DNA of 32,000 nt from Candidatus Methanophagaceae archaeon (GTDB lineage Archaea > Halobacteriota > Syntropharchaeia > Alkanophagales > Methanospirareceae): contig PQXB01000001.1 of assembly GCA_003194425.1 (NCBI GenBank), positions 190,444-222,443 of the forward strand. Direction: 5' to 3'. Numbering within the stretch: the first letter of the stretch is position 1; each line of letters starts with the position of its first letter. The position numbers and the translations under genes are program-made. The notes under the pieces are model-generated. The model did not search any database. It had not been told where the DNA came from and was given only the letters and a program-made list of their open reading frames with translations. Below are positions 16,097-24,650 of this stretch, in pieces.

Positions 16097-16359
16097 AATA
16101 ATTTAATAGATGGTTTTGTGTTTACCTCCTTTTTAACGAGGTGGAGAAAAAAGCTTGAAAGGAGGAGAAAGATATGGCGGCGGTGCGGTAGAGGAGGTGG
16201 TAGAGGAGGTGAAAAATATATTAACTCTTGTGCCAGAGTTGTTGGAGGTTCCACATTCAATGGACCTCCTACAAATGAATGACAAAATGAATGACAGAGA
16301 CAAAATCGAACGGGGATTATCGCGGAAAGATTGAAAGTTGGAGTACGGGCACGGAGACA

Positions 16360-16395
16360 GAAGAACCGAACGAAGAACCGAACGAAGAACCGAAC
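16360..16395. repeat. 12-bp x3 perfect tandem repeat (GAAGAACCGAAC) in the glnA-gdhA spacer
   Basis: Read directly from the sequence at 16360-16371, 16372-16383 and 16384-16395. Confidence 0.9.
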
Positions 16396-16451
16396 GCAAG
16401 GAGGAGGTAGAGGAACTAAATGTTTAGTTTTTATGGTTTTTATTTTTATAG

Positions 16452-16467
16452 TATTATTGCAATAATA
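16452..16467. promoter_or_regulatory. Perfect 16-bp palindrome TATTATTGCAATAATA, just downstream of an A/T-rich TATA-like stretch and 28 nt upstream of the gdhA ATG. Candidate operator.
   Basis: The palindrome was read directly. TTTTTATTTTTATA (about 16437-16450) lies immediately upstream. The position fits a repressor site overlapping the transcription start. Confidence 0.35.
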
Positions 16468-16494
16468 AAAAAATCAAAAACAGAGGTAGAAGAA

Positions 16495-17742
16495 ATGGTA
16501 AAAGAGAGCGCATTTAGAAATGCACAAAGACAGTTGGATGAGTGTGCAAAGATACTCAAGTTATATCCCAATGCACACGCGATCCTGCGAATGCCGTTGC
16601 GTGAACTGCACGTATCATTGCCCGTTCGTATGGATGATGGCTCTATAAGAGTATTTCAGGGATTTCGGGTGCAGTACAACGATGCACGGGGTCCAACAAA
16701 AGGGGGAATTCGATTTCACCCTGACGAAACGATTGATACGGTGCGAGCACTCGCAGCTTGGATGACCTGGAAGTGTGCCCTCCTGGACTTGCCACTTGGC
16801 GGCGCAAAAGGCGGCGTTATCTGCAATCCCAAGGAAATGTCTCAAGGAGAGTTGGAGCGTTTAAGCAGGGTATATGTGCAAGCAGTATACCAGTTCGTTG
16901 GTCCAGATAAAGATGTCCCTGCCCCTGATGTCTATACAAATCCGCAGATTATGGTCTGGATGATGGACGAGTACTCAAAAATTGCAGGGAAGTGTCAATT
17001 TGGCGTTATTACCGGCAAACCACTCTGTCTTGGTGGTTCTGCAGGGCGTGGAACCGCAACAGCCCAGGGAGGTTGGTACACTATTCGTGAAGCGGCAAAA
17101 GAATGCGGGATAGACCTTAAAAAAGCTACTGTTGCCATACAAGGTTACGGTAACGCTGGAGCCAATGCTGCATATATTGGTAAATCGCTATTCGACTCTA
17201 AAATAGTGGCTATTAGTGATAGTAAAGGAGGAATATACAATAAGGAGGGGCTTGATCCCGAGGCAGTTACAGAGTGCAAAGATAAGACGGGTTCGGTAAT
17301 TAATTTGCCGGATGCGGAGCGTATATCTAACGAGGATCTTTTAGAACTTGATGTGGATATACTTATACCCGCAGCTTTAGAAAGCGTTATTACCGAGGAG
17401 AATGCTCCGAATATAAACGCTAAGATTGTCGCTGAGTTAGCCAACGGTCCAACGACACCCGAAGCGGACGAGATACTTTATAAAAATGGCGTCCACATAA
17501 TCCCAGACTTTTTATGCAATGCAGGAGGCGTAACCGTTTCGTATGTAGAGATGGTGCAAAACTTTTATATGTACTACTGGGACGAAAAAGAAGTTCAAGA
17601 GCGTTTAGATAGCAAAATGACCGCTGCATATCGCTCTGTATTAAACTGTTCCAAGAGCTATAAAATAAACATGCGCCAGGCAGCCTATGTGGTTGCTGTT
17701 GAACGAGTAGTTGAAGCAATGAAACTTCGTGGCTGGATTTAA
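16495..17742 (+). CDS. gdhA: Glutamate dehydrogenase
   Basis: The track ORF starts at 16420, but I prefer MVKESAFRNAQ at 16495 (415 aa). Motifs are KGGIRFHP, PLGGAKGG and GYGNAG (Rossmann). The gene is visibly lower in GC than its neighbours. Confidence 0.9.
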   Translation: MVKESAFRNAQRQLDECAKILKLYPNAHAILRMPLRELHVSLPVRMDDGSIRVFQGFRVQYNDARGPTKGGIRFHPDETIDTVRALAAWMTWKCALLDLPLGGAKGGVICNPKEMSQGELERLSRVYVQAVYQFVGPDKDVPAPDVYTNPQIMVWMMDEYSKIAGKCQFGVITGKPLCLGGSAGRGTATAQGGWYTIREAAKECGIDLKKATVAIQGYGNAGANAAYIGKSLFDSKIVAISDSKGGIYNKEGLDPEAVTECKDKTGSVINLPDAERISNEDLLELDVDILIPAALESVITEENAPNINAKIVAELANGPTTPEADEILYKNGVHIIPDFLCNAGGVTVSYVEMVQNFYMYYWDEKEVQERLDSKMTAAYRSVLNCSKSYKINMRQAAYVVAVERVVEAMKLRGWI

Positions 17743-17783
17743 TGTATCTCGACAGGCTTGCTCAAAATTGGAAACTGCATTGC

Positions 17784-17863
17784 AGGAGAGTGAGCAGGAA
17801 GGAGAGGGGACAGGAAGGAGAGTGAGCAGGAAGGAGAGTGAGCAGGAAGGAGAGTGAGCAGAG
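17784..17863. repeat. 16-bp x5 tandem repeat (AGGAGAGTGAGCAGGA; unit 2 is divergent) in the gdhA-hisF spacer
   Basis: Read directly. The units are head-to-tail with no spacers. Confidence 0.9.
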
Positions 17864-17995
17864 CAGGTGTAGGAGGTGCAGGAAACAGGAGTGCAGAAGC
17901 AGTTTGGCGAGACGGTGGGGAGATTTCCGTTACTGCACCGTCGTAAGTTTGATCAGTAGTATTTCTTATGTACGGATAAAGAGGAAATAAAGAAA

Positions 17996-18814
17996 ATGAC
18001 GAAACGAATAATTCCCTGCCTTGACACGACATTTGACGAGCAGGGTAAAGCGGTTGTAGTGAAGGGCGTAGAATTTGAGCAGCTCAAGTACGCAGGAGAC
18101 CCGGTTGAACTCGCAAAGCGGTACGACGAGCAGGGGGCGGACGAACTCGTTTTTCTCGACATTTCTGCCTCTTTAGAGCGGCGGGAGACGATGATTTCGG
18201 TCGTAGAGGAAATAGCCGAGCAGGTCTCTGTTCCTCTCTGCGTGGGGGGCGGGATAAAAAGCGTAGCGGATTTTGAGCGGGTCTTTGGCGCTGGTGCGGA
18301 GAAGGTGGGCGTAAACACCGCTGCGGTTAGGAATCCCGGTTTGGTAAAAGAAGCAGCAGAGAGGTTTGGTGGAGAACGCGTCGTGGCCGCAATTGACTGC
18401 AAGCGGAAGTTCGAGGGAGCAGAAGAAGAAGGGAAGACGCAGGTGCGGTTAGAAGACGGGACGAGTGCGTGGTACGAGGTGGTAATTTACGGGGGGCGTG
18501 AGAACACGGGAATTGACGCGGTAAAGTGGGCGGAGGAGGTGCAGGCGCTCGGGGCTGCCGAGATTTTGCTGACTTCAAAGGACAGGGACGGGACGACCGA
18601 CGGGTACGACATTCCAATTACAAGAGCAATTTCTGAGGCGGTGGAGATTCCTGTAATCGCTTCTGGAGGCGTTGGGACGGTAGAACACATTTACGAGGGG
18701 TTTGTCTGCGGTGCGGACGCCTGCCTGGCAGCGAGTATTTTTCACTACGAAAAGTACACGGTTGGCGAAATAAAGCGATATTTAAGGGAGAGGGGGATTT
18801 CTGTGCGGTTGTGA
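17996..18814 (+). CDS. hisF: Imidazole glycerol phosphate synthase cyclase subunit
   Basis: 272 aa. [10 protein letters not shown]...[13 protein letters not shown]...PLCVGGGI...ASGGVG is the classic HisF pattern. Confidence 0.9.
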   Translation: MTKRIIPCLDTTFDEQGKAVVVKGVEFEQLKYAGDPVELAKRYDEQGADELVFLDISASLERRETMISVVEEIAEQVSVPLCVGGGIKSVADFERVFGAGAEKVGVNTAAVRNPGLVKEAAERFGGERVVAAIDCKRKFEGAEEEGKTQVRLEDGTSAWYEVVIYGGRENTGIDAVKWAEEVQALGAAEILLTSKDRDGTTDGYDIPITRAISEAVEIPVIASGGVGTVEHIYEGFVCGADACLAASIFHYEKYTVGEIKRYLRERGISVRL

Positions 18815-18844
18815 TTTAATAAGGACTACGCAAAAGTTTATTCA

Positions 18845-19378
18845 ATGTTGCCACCCACTGCAGAAACAGTTCTTACCGCGGTTTGGTTAATGCTGCCCGC
18901 GTACGTAACAAACTCAAGTGCAGCCTTCTTTGGCGGTAAGACACCTTTAGACCGCGGCATTAGTTGGGGCAGAAACAGGCTGCTCGGCGACGGCAAGACC
19001 TACGAAGGTCTCTTAAAAGGCTTCTCGTGCGGCTTCCTCGTCGGCGTCGCTCAGCAGCAGGTCTCAGGCTCGTTTGGAGATTCCCCCTGGTTTTTGGTCT
19101 CGCTCTTCTGCCTCTCCGCGGGTGCGATGCTCGGCGACATTCTCGGTAGTTTCGTAAAACGGCGGGTTGGAGTGAAACGCGGTGCTCCTGTTCCTCTGCT
19201 CGACCAACTGGACTTTGTGGCTGGTGCGTGGCTGCTTCTGTTCGTGTTCGCGCGGGACTGGTTCGTTGAGGCGTTCAGTTGGGAAGTGGCGGTTGCGGTT
19301 CTCCTCGTTACTCCGCCGTTGCACCTGCTCGCAAATTACGCGGGCTTTAAACTGGGGCGGAAGAGCGTTTGGTGGTGA
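18845..19378 (+). CDS. carS: CDP-archaeol synthase (CDP-2,3-bis-O-geranylgeranyl-sn-glycerol synthase, DUF46)
   Basis: 177 aa membrane protein with LPAYVTNSSAAFFGG, LGDGKTYEGL, GAMLGDILGSFVKRRVG and LLDQLDFV, as in the CarS family. Confidence 0.75.
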   Translation: MLPPTAETVLTAVWLMLPAYVTNSSAAFFGGKTPLDRGISWGRNRLLGDGKTYEGLLKGFSCGFLVGVAQQQVSGSFGDSPWFLVSLFCLSAGAMLGDILGSFVKRRVGVKRGAPVPLLDQLDFVAGAWLLLFVFARDWFVEAFSWEVAVAVLLVTPPLHLLANYAGFKLGRKSVWW

Positions 19379-19537
19379 GAGAGTAGCGAAAAAGCGAAAA
19401 ATATATTTAAAGCGGGGCAAAAAATACTTGAGACACGAGGCGAGAATGCGTAGAAGAGAAGAAGGCGAGAAAGGGGAAGGGGAAGAGAAGGCGAGAGAAA
19501 CGCAAGGGAAAGCGAGGAACAGGGACGGGAGGAAAGG

Positions 19538-21130
19538 GTGGTAGGATTGTTTTTAGGTGAGCATTTTCCAGTGCTTGTTGTTGTGATTTCGCTGTTCTCG
19601 GCGTTCACGATTCTGCTTGCGGGTTGGTGGGAGAAGAGGACCTGCCTGCCGATTTCGCTCGCCACAATTTCAGTGCAGCTTTTTATGGCTCTTTACATTC
19701 TGCGGGAGGTCGTGAGCAGCGGCGAGGCGATTCACTACTGGCTCGGGGGTTGGGCGCCGCCTTGGGGGATTGAATATGTTCTGGACGCGTTCAACGCCTA
19801 CGTGCTGGTCGTGGTTTTGTTCGTCTGCTTGCTGACTGCGGTTTTTTCGAAGCGGAGCGTTGAGAAGGAACTGCCCGGTAAGGTCGTGCAGTTTTATGTT
19901 CTTTTTCAACTGCTCGTGACCGGTTTGTGCGGGATTTTGGTAACCGGTGACATTTTCAACCTCTACGTCTTCCTTGAAATCTCCTCGTTGACGACTTACG
20001 CGTTGATCGCAGCCGCACGCGGGCGGGCGCTGAAAGCGAGCTACAATTATGTAATTTTCGGCTCAATCGGCGCCTGCTTCTACCTGCTCGGCGTCGGCTT
20101 CCTCTACGCAGTAACAGGCTCGCTAAATATGCACGACCTCGCACTGCTCCTTCCACCGCTCTACGAGAACAAGGTAGTGCAGGCGGCGTTCGTCTTCTTC
20201 GTCGTGGGAACGAGCATAAAAATGGCGCTCTTCCCGCTGCATATTTGGCAGCCCGACGCCTACACCTACGCCCCCTCTGCGGTCAGCGTGGTAATTGCGG
20301 CGGCGATGTCGAAGGTCTCGATTTACGCCTTCATCCGCGTCTTCTTCTCGGTCTTCACCACGAAATTCCTCCAAATTTATGTCCCGATTGATACTGCACT
20401 CTGCTGGGTCGCTGCGGTCGCGATAATTGTAGGCTCGGTCATCGCGATAACGCAGACCAACCTGAAGCGAATGCTCGCCTACTCGAGCGTCTCGCAGGTG
20501 GGCTACATCGTGCTCGGAGTGGGGCTTTACTCGACGCAGTGGGGGCTTTACGGGGCTTTGATGCACATCTTGAACCACGCTGTGACGAAGGGCTGTCTCT
20601 TCGTAGTCGCTGGTGCGATAATTTACAGAACCGGGCTGTTAGACATTCGCGATTTCGCGGGGCTGGGGAAGAAAATGCCTTTCACTTGCGCGGCGTTCAC
20701 TCTTGCGGCGCTTTCGATGATTGGGGTGCCGCCGAGCGTGGGGTTCGTAACGAAATTGTGTCTGCTGGCGGCGTCGTTGGAAGCGGTGGAATACGGGCTT
20801 GTAGCAGTTGTTCTTGCCAGCACGCTGCTCAACCTCGTTTATTTCTGGCGTGTGATTGAGCGGATGTATTTTGTGAAGCCAGGAAGAGAAGGAAAAGGAG
20901 CGGCAAGAGAGGAGAGAGCGGCAAGAGAGGAGAGAGCGGCAAGAGAGGAGAAAAGTGGAAGAAAGATAATGAAGGACGAGGCACCTGTAAGTATGCTTAT
21001 TCCAGCGTTAGTTCTCGGCTCGCTCTGCGTCGTCCTTGGACTGCTCTGGCTCGCAGGTTCGGCGACGCCGCTGCTGCCTGTAGTTGAGCAGGCGGTTGAA
21101 GGGCTGTTAAGCACGGGGGTGGTAAAATGA
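19538..21130 (+). CDS. MrpD/NuoN-like proton-conducting antiporter-type membrane subunit (copy 1)
   Basis: GTG start, 530 aa, polytopic. WLGGWAPPWGIEYVLDAFN is MrpD/MbhH-like, and LFPLHIWQPDAY is also present. A 3 x 18-bp in-frame repeat (AAREER x3) sits before the last helix. Confidence 0.8.
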   Translation: MVGLFLGEHFPVLVVVISLFSAFTILLAGWWEKRTCLPISLATISVQLFMALYILREVVSSGEAIHYWLGGWAPPWGIEYVLDAFNAYVLVVVLFVCLLTAVFSKRSVEKELPGKVVQFYVLFQLLVTGLCGILVTGDIFNLYVFLEISSLTTYALIAAARGRALKASYNYVIFGSIGACFYLLGVGFLYAVTGSLNMHDLALLLPPLYENKVVQAAFVFFVVGTSIKMALFPLHIWQPDAYTYAPSAVSVVIAAAMSKVSIYAFIRVFFSVFTTKFLQIYVPIDTALCWVAAVAIIVGSVIAITQTNLKRMLAYSSVSQVGYIVLGVGLYSTQWGLYGALMHILNHAVTKGCLFVVAGAIIYRTGLLDIRDFAGLGKKMPFTCAAFTLAALSMIGVPPSVGFVTKLCLLAASLEAVEYGLVAVVLASTLLNLVYFWRVIERMYFVKPGREGKGAAREERAAREERAAREEKSGRKIMKDEAPVSMLIPALVLGSLCVVLGLLWLAGSATPLLPVVEQAVEGLLSTGVVK

Positions 21131-22683
21131 TTGGAGTGCAAGAAGCGGTCTTGAGTTCGACTACGACTTTGTCTTACAGACCGTTGTTGGCGATTTTGTG
21201 CCCTGCCACCGCTGCGGTTCTAATTCTGCTCTCGAGCAAGCGACCGAACCTGCGGGAGAGTTGGACGATTCTTGCGGGCGTGCTGCAGTTCTCGCTCGTT
21301 GCCTCGCTCGTGCCGACGATTTTGGACGGCAAGGTAGTGAAGTGCACTTTCTTCGAGACGATGTTTGAGGGTGTTGCGTTTGGGTTTAAGGTGGACGCGT
21401 TTGGGCTTGTCTTCGCACTCACCGCCTCGTTTCTCTGGATTCTCGTCTCCTTCTACTCGGTAGGCTACATGCGGGCGTTGAAGGAGCACGCGCAGACGCG
21501 GTACTACTTCTGCTTTGCGATCGCGATCTTCGGTGCAGTCGGCGTTGCACTCTCCGCGAACCTGCTCTCGATGTTTATTTTCTTTGAGGTCTTGACTGTC
21601 TCGACCTACCCGCTGGTGATTCACGAGCAGAACGAGGAGGCGTTGAGGGCGGGTCACAAATATTTCGCGTACCTAATCACAGCCGGCGTTTTCCTCCTGT
21701 TCGCGATAATGCTGACCTACCACCTCACGGGAACAACAGACTTCACGAACCGCGGAATAAAAGCGTTGGCAGAGCTCGGTCCCGCGTACAAGACGACTTT
21801 GGTGGTTCTTTTCTTCTGTTTCCTGCTCGGTTTTATGAAGGCTGCGTGGATGCCGTTTCACTCGTGGCTGCCGACTGCGATGGTTGCGCCGACGCCGGTA
21901 AGTTCGCTTCTACACGCGGTCGCGGTCGTGAAGGCTGGCGTCTTCGGCATCGTGCGGATTGTCTGCTACATTTACGGCGTTGATTTGATGTCCTCGCTTG
22001 GACTGGGGTTTGTGCTTGCCTGCATTGCTGCTTTTACAATGATCGTCGCTAACCTGCTCGCGATTTCGCAGGACAACCTGAAACGCCGACTCGCCTACTC
22101 CACGATTAACCAGCTCTCCTACATAATTCTGGGTGCTGCGTTGCTGACTTCCGAGGGGATTCGCGGTGCGATGCTTCACATTCCTTTTCACGGGTTTATG
22201 AAAATTACGCTCTTCCTCTGCGCGGGTGCGATAATGGTCGCGTCGGGCAAGAAGAACATTAGCGAGATGGCGGGGATCGGGAAAAGAATGCCCGTAACGA
22301 TGCTGGCTTTCACAATCTGCGCGTTCGGAATGTGCGGGATTCCGCCTGCCTGCGGTTTTATAAGCAAGTGGTTCCTCTGTCAAGGCACGCTGCAGGCAGG
22401 CGAAATGGTCTTCTTGTTCGTCCTCTTACTCGCCTCGTTCTTGGATGTCATTTATTTCTTCCCCATAATTCTCACCGCGTTCTTCAAGAAACCCGAGGGG
22501 GTTGTAGAAGGAGAGGGTGCTGCTGCTGTAGAGGTAAAGGAGGCGCCGTTGTTTATGCTCGTTCCGCTGACATTAACAGCGATTTTCTCGGTCCTCTTTC
22601 TTCTAGATTTCATTCTGGGGCTGAACATAATCTCGTTCTACTTTTACAGGATTGTGGAAGTGGCGGTGGGAAATGTGGTTTAA
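21127..22683 (+). CDS. MrpD/NuoM-like proton-conducting antiporter-type membrane subunit (copy 2)
   Basis: 518 aa. Its start overlaps the stop of copy 1 (ATGA). It has WMPFHSWLPTAMVAPTPVSSLLHA and the conserved antiporter-like core. Confidence 0.8.
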   Translation: MIGVQEAVLSSTTTLSYRPLLAILCPATAAVLILLSSKRPNLRESWTILAGVLQFSLVASLVPTILDGKVVKCTFFETMFEGVAFGFKVDAFGLVFALTASFLWILVSFYSVGYMRALKEHAQTRYYFCFAIAIFGAVGVALSANLLSMFIFFEVLTVSTYPLVIHEQNEEALRAGHKYFAYLITAGVFLLFAIMLTYHLTGTTDFTNRGIKALAELGPAYKTTLVVLFFCFLLGFMKAAWMPFHSWLPTAMVAPTPVSSLLHAVAVVKAGVFGIVRIVCYIYGVDLMSSLGLGFVLACIAAFTMIVANLLAISQDNLKRRLAYSTINQLSYIILGAALLTSEGIRGAMLHIPFHGFMKITLFLCAGAIMVASGKKNISEMAGIGKRMPVTMLAFTICAFGMCGIPPACGFISKWFLCQGTLQAGEMVFLFVLLLASFLDVIYFFPIILTAFFKKPEGVVEGEGAAAVEVKEAPLFMLVPLTLTAIFSVLFLLDFILGLNIISFYFYRIVEVAVGNVV

Positions 22684-22794
22684 ATTTTTAGACAACCCTG
22701 CCTAGGTGTGGTGCAGTTGATCCTGCAGATGTGAATGCGGCATTCAATACAGAGATGCAACGAAGGGGAACCGCAGAAACCCCTATTCTTTAGC

Positions 22795-23223
22795 TTAGGG
22801 AGTATGTCTGTTACGCCGAGCCTTCTCCTTCTTCTCGAAGAGCGAGGGCAGGTGAATTGCGTAAGAGCCGTCCTCTTTCAGTCTCATTATTATTCCCCTC
22901 CTGCCTAACAAAGTATCCAAATTGAGTTCGTAAACGCCCGGGCTTACAATCTTCAGACTCTCAATCTTGTCCCCCTCAGACGAGAGCTCCCCCCCACCCC
23001 CAGCCTCTTCCAACGGCTCCACTCCTTCTAACGCCGCTCCTTCTAACGGCAGTTTCCCAGCCGTCTCTGTCTTCTTTTCTAACCGCCGCACCAACTCGGT
23101 GGCGTGCTCTTCCTCGCCTTCTCGAACATACAGAAAAAGTTTGCTACCACACTCTGGGCAACCCCCAAACATCCCCTCATTCATCTTCTCGAAGTCCTTA
23201 CCGCATCTTAAACACTTGTGCAT
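22795..23223 (-). CDS. Zn-ribbon-containing protein (archaeal conserved, function unknown)
   Basis: 142 aa. The N-terminus is MHKCLRCGKDF...GGCPECGSKLF (CxxC...CxxC). It is the last gene of the GTPase/DUF2073/Zn-ribbon trio. Confidence 0.65.
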   Translation of the reverse strand: MHKCLRCGKDFEKMNEGMFGGCPECGSKLFLYVREGEEEHATELVRRLEKKTETAGKLPLEGAALEGVEPLEEAGGGGELSSEGDKIESLKIVSPGVYELNLDTLLGRRGIIMRLKEDGSYAIHLPSLFEKKEKARRNRHTP

Positions 23224-23226
23224 TTC

Positions 23227-23559
23227 TCAAATCTCCGAAATTACCGCACTTATCCAGTCCTTCCCCTTCTTTATCGTGTGCATCGTCTTCGCAGGGCCCA
23301 CAACGGTAAGCCGCGTCTTCTTTCGGAGGTTAAAAAAACCCTTCTTGCTCGGGTACCCGCTCATTTCAATGCCCGTAAAATCCTCGTCCACCTCCAACAT
23401 CGCGAGTTCTATCAATTTCATCTGCTCCTCCGAAGTCAGACCGCCCTCCAAAACAACAATATTTCCGGACTTCACCCCGTCCAGCACGAACCTTATTTTT
23501 TCCATCGAGCCCATTGAATTTACTTTATCTTCCGAGATTAAGTCCATCTTTATGTTCAT
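23227..23559 (-). CDS. DUF2073-like conserved archaeal protein
   Basis: The track ORF extends to 23625 through a repeat tract. I prefer the start MNIKMDLISEDK at 23559 (110 aa). The remaining sequence is KIRFVLDGVKSGNIVVLEGGLTSEEQMKLIELAM... Confidence 0.6.
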   Translation of the reverse strand: MNIKMDLISEDKVNSMGSMEKIRFVLDGVKSGNIVVLEGGLTSEEQMKLIELAMLEVDEDFTGIEMSGYPSKKGFFNLRKKTRLTVVGPAKTMHTIKKGKDWISAVISEI

Positions 23560-23570
23560 ATTTCTCTTCT

Positions 23571-23642
23571 CTCTTTCCTCCCCTCCTTCCTCTCTTTCCT
23601 CCCCTCCTTCCTCACTTCTCTTCACTTCTCTTCACTTCTCCT
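23571..23642. repeat. Two adjacent tandem arrays, 21-bp x2 (CTCTTTCCTCCCCTCCTTCCT) followed by 10-bp x3 (CACTTCTCTT)
   Basis: Read directly at 23571-23591 and 23592-23612, then 23613-23622, 23623-23632 and 23633-23642. The tract is purine-rich on the sense (minus) strand of the downstream gene. Confidence 0.9.
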
Positions 23643-23694
23643 CTTCCCTCCACATCTAAACCGCTCGCCCCTAAACCGCTAAACCGCTCACTGC

Positions 23695-24474
23695 TCACCT
23701 GAACCGCCTTACCATCGCCGCATAAAACTCAGGCATATTCTCGCCAGTCAACGCAGAAATAGGAATAACAAAGTGTTGAGGGAAGGCTTTTTTTATTTTT
23801 TGCGGTGCCGCACTTGAGAGGTCTATTTTATTCGCAGCGATGACGACTGGAATCCCCCGTGCTTCCATATTTCCGATGATTACGACATTAGTTTGTGTGT
23901 AGGGGTCTTGAGTAGCGTCCATTAGGAGAATGACGCCGTCAATGTCGTCAAGCCATTTTATCGCTTCAATGACGCCCTCGGTCGCCTCTTTCGCCCGCTG
24001 CTTCGCCTCCTCCTCCCTCAAGCCGTAAGCCAAGAAGTCGTGAAAGTCGATTTTCGTCGCCAACCCCGGTGTGTCCACTACATCCAACTTTAACTTCGCT
24101 CGTCCTTTCCGCCCGCTTTTTGTGCTGGGGTTTGTGCTGGGGTCTCCGTTTCTGGTTGGGTCTCCGTTTCTGGTTGGGTCAGACAGAGGTTGAGGGTTTG
24201 AATTGAAGTTTGTTCTTTGGAATTGTTTTAGATTTTGCTTCAGGTCAATGAGAATTCCGCCCCGCCTGACCGCTCTTCTCGTCTCGTGCGGAATTTCTGA
24301 GGCTGTTCCAACGTCCTCCTCCTCGTCCGCAAAAGTGTGAATTATTCGGTTTGTCAGCGTTGTCTTCCCTGCGTTCGGCGGTCCGTAAATGCCGATTTTT
24401 ACGCTCCTCTTTTTGAAAAACAACGCCTCCAGCAGCCACGCTAAAATCCCGCTTGTTCTTCTTCTCCGCACCAT
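23695..24474 (-). CDS. Era-like / small GTP-binding protein (archaeal conserved)
   Basis: 259 aa with the P-loop GPPNAGKT plus DTPG and NKID motifs. A low-complexity insert containing DPTRNG x2 sits between G1 and G3. Confidence 0.75.
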   Translation of the reverse strand: MVRRRRTSGILAWLLEALFFKKRSVKIGIYGPPNAGKTTLTNRIIHTFADEEEDVGTASEIPHETRRAVRRGGILIDLKQNLKQFQRTNFNSNPQPLSDPTRNGDPTRNGDPSTNPSTKSGRKGRAKLKLDVVDTPGLATKIDFHDFLAYGLREEEAKQRAKEATEGVIEAIKWLDDIDGVILLMDATQDPYTQTNVVIIGNMEARGIPVVIAANKIDLSSAAPQKIKKAFPQHFVIPISALTGENMPEFYAAMVRRFR

Positions 24475-24507
24475 TTTCTTTCCCTCAAACCTGATTTAAT
24501 AATTCCC

Positions 24508-24592
24508 TGCCTCCTTCAACACTTTTCCTACTTCCTTCAACACTTCCCCTACTTCCTTCAACACTTTTCCTACTTCCTTCAACACTTTCCCC
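24508..24592. repeat. 21-22-bp x4 tandem repeat (TACTTCCTTCAACACTTYYCC) in the divergent GTPase/aIF-1A spacer
   Basis: Read directly. Units start at about 24508, 24529, 24550 and 24571. Confidence 0.9.
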
Positions 24593-24595
24593 ACT

Positions 24596-24627
24596 CTTTA
24601 TTTAAAATTAAACTTAAATATTTTACG
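24596..24627 (+). promoter_or_regulatory. A/T-rich TATA-like region upstream of aIF-1A
   Basis: CTTTATTTAAAATTAAACTTAAATATTTTACG ends about 25 nt before the TTG start at 24651. This spacing fits a leaderless or short-leader archaeal promoter. Confidence 0.3.
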
Positions 24628-24650
24628 AGAGCAAAGCAAGAGGAAGAAAA

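Noticed and set aside
16133-16399. Minus-strand ORFs (88 aa and 127 aa) in the glnA-gdhA spacer
   Set aside because: They consist of translated tandem repeats (SVLR x3) and low-complexity sequence antisense to a purine-rich leader. Nothing supports them as coding.
17784-17863. Possible CRISPR arrays at the tandem-repeat loci (also 16360-16395, 23571-23642 and 24508-24592)
   Set aside because: The units are 10-22 bp and directly head-to-tail with no unique spacers. No cas genes are present in the window.
22684-22794. A possible small RNA or C/D-box sRNA between mrpD copy 2 and the Zn-ribbon gene
   Set aside because: I found no convincing C (RUGAUGA) and D (CUGA) box pair or tRNA-like cloverleaf. 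The only feature is a weak GGGG-N11-CCCC hairpin, which could be a terminator.
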